From Macrostomum lignano (taxonomy: Eukaryota), in assembly GCA_002269645.1 (NCBI GenBank), contig NIVC01000465.1:1-64000 (forward strand): DNA of 64,000 bases. Direction: 5' to 3'. The translations under genes were made by a program, and so were the position numbers. A model generated the notes under the pieces. That model ran no database searches, was not told the DNA's origin, and worked only from the letters and a program-made list of their open reading frames with translations. This document shows, piece by piece, positions 54,831-64,000 of this stretch. Position 1 is the stretch's first letter. Each line of letters opens with the position of its first letter.

Positions 54831-55200
54831 GCTATACCTATAAAAATGAAAACACTGTCTCTGTGTATACAAATTTGTATATACTTTGTATAAACTTTGT
54901 ATAAACTTTGGCATAAAGCTTATATTGTTGAATATTGTTTGTGTACAAATTTGTTCACCATGGACTCCCAAACTGCTCAACTAAAAACCAAATTACACCA
55001 AATTTTGCACCCACCCTAAACTCACTATGAAGAAAGTCTTAGGCTACCTTAAAATTTCCTGAATCCAAGTCTTCCTACCTAAAAGTGCAAAAAACTGCTA
55101 AAAAGTGCCAAGTTTTTCACTAAATCCTCCAAAGCGCCACTCCAATTTTACCAATCCTCTTCAAATTTGACCACAAACAATCTAACTATTTTGATACAAA
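54831..55200 (+). mobile_element. Old 5' fragment of the same Helitron family, immediately upstream of RPS8
   Basis: GCTATACCTATAAAAATG..ATGGACTCC..CCAAATTACACCAAA..CACCCACCCTAAACT..AAGTCTTCCTACCTAAAAGT aligns to 30931-31240. Confidence 0.85.
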
Positions 55201-55276
55201 GACTATAATAAAACAAAGCTGAAGTATCTCGTAGTTATATTAATTTTCTATAATAAAACTTTCATTGCATGCAAAC

Positions 55277-56016
55277 ATGGGCATCACCCGAGACCGAACC
55301 CACAAGCGCCGTAAGACAGGCGGTCGCCGAGAACAGTTGCGTAAGAAGCGCAAGTTCGAACTGGGCCGACCGCCCAGCCTCACAAAGATTGCCCTGGCTG
55401 GCACAGTGAAGCGAGTGCACACGGTTCGAGTCCGCGGCGGCGGTATCAAGCTGCGAGGTCTCCGGTTGGACACCGGCAATTTCAGCTGGCCATCGAGAGG
55501 CGTCGCTCGGAAAACCCGCATTATCGACACAGTGTATAATGCTAGCAACAATGAGCTGGTGCGCACCAAGACTCTGGTTAAAAATGCCATCGTGCTGATT
55601 GACGCTACACCATTCCGTCAGTGGTTCGAGTCGCACTATCTGCTGCCACTGGCTCGCAAGAAGGAGAAAAAGTCCGCCCCCAAAGCCGCCGACAAACCTG
55701 CCGATGGCGCCGACAAGGAGGGCGCCGATCCTGGCGCTGCCGGTGGCCCCATCTCATTCACCCGCAGCAAGAAAACCATGAAGAAGTACCTGGAGAGGCA
55801 GAAGAAGGTGCGGTTCTTGTTGGCGTCTGAATATCATTGATTGCTGATTCATAGATGGATAGGTGGAAAGATAGATAGATAGATAGATACATAGATAGAT
55901 CATAGATCGATAGATCGATAGATCGATAGATCGATAGATCGATAGATCGATAGATCGATAGATCGATAGATCGATAGATCGATAGATCGATAGATCGATA
56001 GATCGATAGATAGATG

Positions 56017-56056
<40 letters not shown>

Positions 56057-56068
56057 CATAGATAGATC

Positions 56069-56107
<39 letters not shown>

Positions 56108-56131
56108 GGATAGATAGATAGATAGATAGAC

Positions 56132-56194
<63 letters not shown>

Positions 56195-56239
56195 CAGATA
56201 GATAGATAGACAGATAGATAGATAGATAGACAGATAGAC

Positions 56240-56294
<55 letters not shown>

Positions 56295-56752
56295 CAGATA
56301 GATCGATAGATAGATAGATAGATAGATAGACAGATAGATAGATAGATAGACAGATAGATAGATAGACAGATAGATAGATAGATAGACAGATAGATAGATA
56401 GACAGATAGATAGATAGATAGACAGATGAATAGATAGATAGACAGGTGGCCCTACCTGATTTCCGTTAATGAAATAAAGAAAGTCTTAACTGACTACTGG
56501 TCATAGTAGAAAACGTGGACTGTTTAAGCCAGCATCAGTTTAGAAAATAAATCAAAGAATCGATAATGCCAAAACCGAACGCTCCCACAGGCCGAGGTGC
56601 CGCCAGCCCTGCTAGAGCAGTTCGCCAGCGGCCGCCTGTACGCCTGCCTCACCTCCCGGCCTGGCCAGTGCGGCAGAGCGGACGGCTACATCCTGGAGGG
56701 CAAAGAGTTGGACTTCTACCTGAGAAAGATTCGCGCTAAGAAGACCAAGTAG
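55277..56752 (+). CDS. RPS8: 40S ribosomal protein S8 (eS8), divergent; exons 55277-55807 and 56591-56752, 230 aa
   Basis: [33 protein letters not shown] and [19 protein letters not shown] motifs. Phase-0 GT-AG intron. Confidence 0.97.
55850..56445. repeat. (GATA)n / (GATCGATA)n / (GACA) compound microsatellite in the RPS8 intron
   Basis: Direct observation. Confidence 0.99.
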
Positions 56753-56994
56753 TTTTAGATGCATGGCTTGGCACTGGAGCTTGGCAACGACTCTATCCGT
56801 TCTTTGGTGTCTTTTTTCGATCGGTTGATTAAGAGAAATTTAATCTTAAGTTTAATAAAGCATTGAGGTGTAAGGCAGTGCGTTTCGGTAATTTGCAATT
56901 TAGCGCTCTTGTTTGCTCTGGAAGAAAAAAAACGTGCCAAGTTATCGTGCCAATTGTCTTCATTCTTTGCTCAAGCACCGACACTGCATATCGT

Positions 56995-57410
56995 TGGCGC
57001 CATCTTCATTGATTCTTGGCGCCATTTTCATCGATTCTTGGCGCCATCTTCACTGATTCTTTGCGCTATCTTCACTGATTCTTGGCGTAATTTTTATTGA
57101 TTCTTGGCGCCATCTTCACCGATTCTTGGCGCCATCTTCACCGATTCTTGGCGCCATTTTCACTGATTATTGGCGCCATCTTTACTGATTCTTGGCGCCA
57201 TCTTCACTCAATCTTAGCGCTATCTCTATTCAATCTTGGCGCCATCTCCAATCAATCTTGGCGCCATCTGGAATCAATCTTGGCGCCGTCTCTATTCATT
57301 CTTGGCGCCATCTCCACTCAATCTTGGCGCCATCTCCAATCAATCTTAGCGCCATCTCTATTCAATCTTGGTGCCATCCCAATCAATCATGGCGCCATCT
57401 CCATTTGATC
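56995..57410. repeat. 22-bp minisatellite (TGGCGCCATCTTCACTGATTCT)n
   Basis: Direct tandem repeat ~240 bp after the RPS8 stop. Confidence 0.92.
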
Positions 57411-57989
57411 CTTTGCGCTATCGATTACAATCTTAAGTGGACAACAAACCCACTAAGGTCATACCTGTGTAAGCTAGTTTTGGGCGTGAATTCTTATTTA
57501 TGAAATTCAAACCACTTTATAAAATTTTCGTTTTAGTGCAATAATTGAGCAAAATTTGATGACTCAAAGTTGTTTACAAGATAATTTTGCTCGCTAAATT
57601 AGCGGCGGGAAACTTCAAACGAATGAATTTTTCCAAGCATACAGGTTAATTAGGTTAATTACTTGTCTGGGGGCACTCTAGTCGAAGGTTAATTTGCCGC
57701 CATTGTCTAGACGTCTAGGCGTAACGGGGCGACGTCTGCTGGATTCATGACGTTGCGACTTGAATTCGAGACCTTTTACTGAGCATTGCTACATTCTTCC
57801 GCCGAAATTTTCAATTGCCCCGCGGTCGGGTCGCATGGTATCGCTTGATTTAACCTTCTCTTATACCCGATCGTCAGATGATGAATTTGACTCTGCGACT
57901 TCACACCAACTCCCAAAGCGCAGACAGTGTACATGCTTAACGATTAGAAAGTCAGAAGGGCCTGACTGATTCAGTTAAGTGCTGAGCTT

Positions 57990-60095
57990 CATTTCTCAAG
58001 TGATGAGTCTCACTGAGATTCACTCCTAAACACTAAGTCTCACGGATATTCACACCTAAACACAGAGTCTTATTGAGATTCACCCTAAACATTGAGTCTT
58101 ATTGAGATTCACCCTAAACATTGAGTCTTATTGAGATTCACCCTAAACATTGAGTCTTATTGAGATTCACCCTAAACATTGAGTCTTATTGGGATTCACT
58201 CCTTACACAGAGTCTTGTTGAGATTCACTCCTAAACTTTGAGTCTTATTGAGATTCACCCTAAACATTGAGTCTTATTGAGATTGACTCCTAAACACTGA
58301 GTCTTATGAGATTAACTTCTTACACTGAGTATTATTGAGATTAACCCTAAACATTGAGTCTTATTGAGATTAACTGCCTACACTGAGTCTTATTGAGATT
58401 AACTGCCTACACTGAGTCTTATTGAGATTAACTGCCTACACTGAGTCTTATTGAGATTAACTGCCTACACTGAGTCTTATTGAGATTAACTGCCTACACT
58501 GAGTCTTATTGAGATTCACTCCTAAACATTGAGTCTTACTGAGAATTTTCACAGCTCCTAAACGTTGAGTCTCACTGAGATTCACTCCTTAAACTCCGAG
58601 TCTTATTGAGATTCACTCCTTAAACTCCGAGTCTTATTGAGATTCACTCCTTAAACTCCGAGTCTTATTGAGATTCACTCCTTAAACTCCGAGTCTTATT
58701 GAGATTCACTCCTAAACATTGAGTCTTATTGAGTTTCACTCCTAAACACTGAGTCTTATTGAGATTCACTCCTAAACTTTGAGTCTTATTGAGATTCACT
58801 CCTAAACACTGAGTCTTATTGAGATTCACTCCTTACACAGAGTCTTGTTGAGATTCACTCCTAAACTTTGAGTCTTATTCAGGTTCACCTTAAACATTGA
58901 GTCTTATTGAGATTCACTCCTAAACACTGAGTCTTATTGAGATTCACTCCTTACACAGAGTCTTGTTGAGATTCACTCCTAAACTTTGAGTCTTATTCAG
59001 GTTCACCTTAAACATTGAGTCTTATTGAGATTCACTCCTAAAAATTGAGTATTATTGAGATTCGCTGATCCTAAACACTGAGTCTTATCGAGATTCACTC
59101 CTAAACATTGAGTCTTATTGAGATTCACTCCTAAACATTGAGTCTTATTGAGATTCACTCCTAAACATTGAGTATTATTGAGATTCGCTGATCCTAAACA
59201 CTGAGTCTTATCGAGATTCACTCCTAAACATTGAGTCTTATTGAGATTCACTCCTAAACATTGAGTCTTATTGAGATTCACTCCTAAACATTGAGTCTTA
59301 TTGAGATTCACTCCTAAACATTGAGTCTTATTGAGATTCACTCCTAAACACTGAGTCTCATTGAGGTTCACTCCTAAACACTGAGTCTCATTGAGATTCA
59401 CTCCTAAACACTGAGTCTCATTGAGATTCACTCCTAAACACTGAGTCTCATTGAGGTTCACTCCTAAACACTGAGTCTTATCGAGATTCACTCCTAAACA
59501 CTGAGTCTCACTGAGATTTTTCACAGCTCCTAAACGTTGAGTCTCACTGAGATTCACTCCTTAAACTCCGAGTCTTATTGAGATTCACTCCTTAAACTCC
59601 GAGTCTTATTGAGATTCACTCCTTAAACTCCGAGTCTTATTGAGATTCACTCCTTAAACTCCGAGTCTTATTGAGATTCACTCCTTAAACTCCGAGTCTT
59701 ATTGAGATTCACTCCTTAAACTCCGAGTCTTATTGAGATTCACTCCTTAAACTCCGAGTCTTATTGAGATTCACTCCTTAAACTCCGAGTCTTATTGAGA
59801 TTCACTCCTTAAACTCCGAGTCTTATTGAGATTCACTCCTTAAACTCCGAGTCTTATTGAGATTCACTCCTTAAACTCCGAGTCTTATTGAGATTCACTC
59901 CTTAAACTCCGAGTCTTATTGAGATTCACTCCTTAAACTCCGAGTCTTATTGAGATTCACTCCTTAAACTCCGAGTCTTATTGAGATTCACTCCTTAAAC
60001 TCCGAGTCTTATTGAGATTCATTCCTTAAACTCCGAGTCTTATTGAGATTCACTCCTTAAACTCCGAGTCTTATTGAGATTCACTTCTCAAGTGC
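57990..60095. repeat. 29-31-bp minisatellite (TGAGTCTTATTGAGATTCACTCCTAAACAC)n with homogenised sub-blocks
   Basis: Direct tandem repeat. A unique interruption (TTTTCACAGCTCCTAAACG) recurs at ~58546 and ~59518. Confidence 0.98.
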
Positions 60096-60905
60096 CGAGT
60101 CTTAATTACTCGTATAGTCCTTTCAAACCACTATTAAAGGTGAAATTTCCGCCGAGAAATCTATTTTAGAAGTATTCGGAAAATCTTTTGAAGTTGCAAT
60201 TTTACAATATACTTGACCTTTTGTGTTACATTTCATTATTTTCCACGAATTCAAGCCGGGATGTCATTAAAAAAGACTTGAAAAATCTTCAAAGTAGCAG
60301 AATTCAGAAATGAACAATTCAACATTTCTTAGAATTCCTGTCTCAAGTGTTCTTGGCGAAGGTTTGACTGAACCTTTTTAAACTAGAAAAGCTGTCTTAT
60401 TCTAGAGATTATCTTTCAGATGCACTTATTTCAGTTTTTTTCAACCGATGCATTTTACAACCGCAAAAAAGTTTCGGATTGCACTTCAAAGAAATTTTAA
60501 TGCACTTCTTGAACAGACAATTTAAAAATTAGAAAAGAAGCTGGCCTGGACGCCTCATTCGAAATTTGTCCTTAGAACTTATAGCTCGTAGGTAGGCTGC
60601 AACTGAGGTGGCTACAAAGAGCCCTTTGGCTCAGCCAACGGAATTTTCGCCGTCTCCAGCTTTAGTAGCTCGTAAAATATGTCTTCAAAAGTCTGGACTA
60701 GAAAAAATGTAGACAGAAAAAGTAGCAATTCGAGTTTTTGAGACAGCGGCCCTGGGGTCATCGAATGCCTCTCCAAGCCGAGCAATTATGCCTCTTTAGC
60801 ATCTGCGCCAATTAATTTAATTATCATATTTCGTCTATAAATAAGAGGCAGATTTGCTGTGAAATTATAATTTGATCGACAGCAAACAGAATTTCTTTGA
60901 CAGAA

Positions 60906-61919
60906 ATGTCCTGCTATCACAGATTGCCGCTTCTGATTGGGTACTTGCTGCTCCTGGTCTGTGGCGCTCCTTGCTACTCTCGACCTGCCAAAGCCTTGAG
61001 CACTGTTGACTCGAATGAGACTCAAAATCGAACAGTTGATTTTGAATCTGCAATCAGCAATGGAAGCTTGCTATCGGATGGTGAAGTACGAGAGGCTGTG
61101 GTGAGTGCTAATTTGTTGGAATTTCCTACTCCTTTCAACTTCCGTTTAACCTATACCCTTCCTTCATTCCTTCCTCCCTTTAACCCTCCATTTAATTTTC
61201 ACTCCTCCCTTCAACCCTCCCTTCACTCCTCCCTTCACTCCCCCTTCAATCCTCCCTTCACTCTTCCCTTCAACCCTCTCTATTCAGTCATTTCTTCAAT
61301 CATATTTTCTATTCACACTTCTCTCCTCCATATCCCCAATATGTAACACAGTCTCATGCTCTCAGTCTAATAAAAGCCTACCATTAAAACCGTTAGGCCT
61401 ACCTGCAGAAATTTGGCTACCTGAAATCTCTGGAGCCGTCAGCACAGATCCATGCTCTGCTCAACAGCAGCAACTCTACCGACGAAATCGACTCCGGCTC
61501 CGACATCGACAACTCGACCGCTCTCGACTCCATCGATTTAGCTGAGGCTGTCTCCAAATTTCAGACCGTCTATCAGCTGCCAATGACCGGCTTGTTGGAC
61601 TTGGCAACTCTGGCGGCCATGCGAGAGGGTCGGTGTGGAGTGGCGGATGCGCAGTTCGATAGCAGCAGCAGCAGAGCTGCCCGACGACCAAAACGAAGCA
61701 CACCGATTCGAGTCGAGATGGACGCCGAGCCTCGCCGATTCGACACTAGAAATCTTACCTGGCGTCTAGCCCGAATGAGCGAACGACTCAATCGAAATCA
61801 GGTGACTAAGCTGATTCGCAGGGCCTTCTCTCTCTGGGCTTCGGTGGCGCCACTGCGGTTCAGTCAGGTGTTCAATGAGCAGGAGGGAACAGCTGATATC
61901 GAAATCGGATTTTACAGGG
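60906..61919 (+). CDS. Matrix metalloproteinase (M10A), 5' part only; exons 60906-61100 and 61397-61919, continues beyond the window
   Basis: Signal peptide; AYLQKFGYL; FQ..YQLPMTGLLD; cysteine switch GRCGVAD; furin site RRPKR; NLTW..IRRAFSLWASVAPLRF..ADIEIGF start of the catalytic domain. The zinc-binding exons are not in the window. Confidence 0.92.
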
Positions 61920-62069
61920 GTGAGTTGTAAATTCACTGCATTTTATAGGTGGTTTACAGGTGCGAATAATATTGCATACTAGATTAGTAATTAACCTTAA
62001 TTGTCAGCTACATGCAGTTTGTGTTACTAAATCAATTAGTTAAAGTAGGCAAATAAATTTGTTGGCTAA

Positions 62070-63160
62070 TTAGTTTTGTACAGGTGAGATATAGGGGTGA
62101 GCCAATAATTGTTGGCTGATTAGTGTTGCAAAGGTGAGAAATAGGGGCGAGCCAATAATTGTTGACTTAATTAGTGTCGTACAGGTGAGAAATAGGGGCG
62201 AGTCAATAATTGTTGACTTAATTAGTGTCGTACAGGTGAGAAATAGGGGCGAGTCAATAATTGTTGGCTAATTAGTGTCGTACAGGTGAGAAATAGGGGT
62301 GAGTCAATGATTGTTGACTAATTAGTGTCGTACAGGTGAGAAATAGGGGCGAGTCAATAATTGTTGGCTAATTAGTGTCGCAAAGGTGAGAAATAGGGGT
62401 GAGTCAATGATTGTTGGCTAATTAGTGTCGCAAAGGTGAGAAATAGGGGTGAGTCAATGATTGTTGGCTAATTAGTGTCGCAAAGGTGAGAAATAGGGGT
62501 GAGTCAATGATTGTTGGCTAATTAGTGTCGCAAAGGTGAGAAATAGGGGCGAGTCAATAATTGTTGGCTAATTAGTGTCGCAAAGGTGAGAAATAGGGGT
62601 GAGTCAATGATTGTTGGCTAATTAGTGTCGCAAAGGTGAGAAATAGGGGTGAGTCAATGATTGTTGGCTAATTAGTGTCGCAAAGGTGAGAAATAGGGGT
62701 GAGTCAATGATTGTTGGCTAATTAGTGTCGCAAAGGTGAGAAATAGGGGTGAGTCAATGATTGTTGGCTAATTAGTGTCGCAAAGGTGAGAAATAGGGGC
62801 GAGTCAATAATTGTTGGCTAATTAGTGTCGCAAAGGTGAGAAATAGGGGTGAGTCAATGATTGTTGGCTAATTAGTGTCGCAAAGGTGAGAAATAGGGGT
62901 GAGTCAATGATTGTTGGCTAATTAGTGTCGCAAAGGTGAGAAATAGGGGTGAGTCAATGATTGTTGGCTAATTAGTGTCGCAAAGGTGAGAAATAGGGGT
63001 GAGTCAATGATTGTTGGCTAATTAGTGTCGCAAAGGTGAGAAATAGGGGTGAGTCAATGATTGTTGGCTAATTAGTGTCGTACAGGTGAGAAATAGGGGT
63101 GAGTCAATAATTGTTGACTTAATTAGTGTCGTAAAGGTGGGAAATATGGGCGAGTCAATT
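62070..63160. repeat. 50-bp minisatellite (CAAAGGTGAGAAATAGGGGTGAGTCAATGATTGTTGGCTAATTAGTGTCG)n in MMP intron 2, ~21 units
   Basis: Direct tandem repeat. Confidence 0.98.
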
Positions 63161-63714
63161 ATTGTTGGCTAATTAGTGTAATAAAAGTAAGAAATTTCAA
63201 ATCATTATTATCTGATAGGTCTACGCTACCTTGAAAACTTTGAATAGGACCAATGTTAGCTATTAAGAACAATAATTTAAACTGTTTTACAATTTCAATT
63301 GCGGATAGGAAATGACAGGACAAACACAGCCCCTGGAGGGATTGGGTGGGATGACCATTCCGCTATGGCTATCGAAGGGGCAATAAAAATCTGAGGAGTC
63401 GGGCGGGAGGCGGCAGAGGAGGAGAGTCCACCCGGAAAGACTGGTGGCTTGCGCGCGTGTTTTTCTATAGTTGGCTACATACCTTTTGAGCACCTGTATC
63501 AGGGACTACGAGTAGGTCTCCCCGCTAGCGAGCGCTGTTTAACTCAATCGCGACAGACTTTTTGGCGCCTTCCGGGTTAGCTCGAAAATAGACTACTTTT
63601 TCAGGATGCGTGACTATTGTGCACTTCTTCTTTCTCTGTCTGAGCAAGCTGTCTGCGTTTGCTTTGGTGTAGTTAGTTTTTGAGGTTCAGAATTAAATTT
63701 TTTTATGGATGCGG

Positions 63715-64000
63715 GAGACAAGAGAGATGAAAGTAAAGAGGGAGAGTGAGAGATGGAGAGAAAGGTACATTTAGGGGAAAATGAGGGGAAATGATGGGGA
63801 GAGGAGAGATATGAGAAGAGAGGGGAGAATAGAAGGAAAAAGAGAGGGGAAAAGCGAGGGGAGAAGAGAGGGGAGAAGAAAGGGGGAGAGGATAGATGGG
63901 AGAAGAGAGAACAGAAAAGAGATGGGAGAGTAGAGGGGAGGAGAGAGGGGAGAAGAGAGAGGGGAGAAGAGAGAGGGGAGAAGAGAGAGGGCAGAAGAGA
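63715..64000. repeat. Purine-rich (GA) low-complexity tract, truncated by the window end
   Basis: Composition resembles the GA-rich interiors at 32150-33790 and 52540-52980. No diagnostic termini are visible. Confidence 0.8.

Noticed and set aside
55808-56590. snoRNA in the RPS8 intron, as in vertebrate RPS8
   Set aside because: No box C/D pair with terminal stem or H/ACA structure is visible in the short unique part.
63287-63493. Minus-strand peptide DFYCPFDSHSG resembling the MMP PFDG motif, and plus-strand QPLEGLGG
   Set aside because: Wrong strand or no AHA/HExxH continuation, and early stops. Treated as chance similarity.

Overview
Eukaryotic (metazoan invertebrate) genomic DNA. The repeat landscape and GPCR type fit a free-living flatworm such as Macrostomum, but this is inference, not proven. 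Genes: a 3-exon CYP2-clan cytochrome P450 (+, 4534-7803); three intronless orphan rhodopsin-family GPCR paralogues (+, 9254-10441, 18147-19376, 36783-38039); a complete 9-exon katanin p60-like KATNAL2 (-, 42751-51245); a divergent 2-exon RPS8 (+, 55277-56752) transcribed away from KATNAL2; and the first two exons of a furin-activated matrix metalloproteinase (+, from 60906). Much of the remainder is tandem repeats and transposon debris. The main structure is a nest at 27826-35178: a Ginger1 transposon lacking its DDE core holds a non-autonomous Helitron. A second copy of that Helitron inserted head-to-head 16 nt from the first one's 5' end, making a 5.9-kb pseudo-palindrome, and both Helitrons carry an embedded hAT-type MITE. 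Other notable signals: a CpG desert with CpG-decayed TE copies between KATNAL2 and RPS8; apparent gene conversion between two GPCRs; an Arg at the GPCR sodium-site position; hAT MITEs carrying a 21-bp minisatellite; a shared CACTC/GACTC core in most minisatellites; an AP-1-site array; and an array of splice-donor mimics in the MMP intron. Most long ORFs in the supplied track are repeat artefacts. All alignments, counts and splice models were done by eye.
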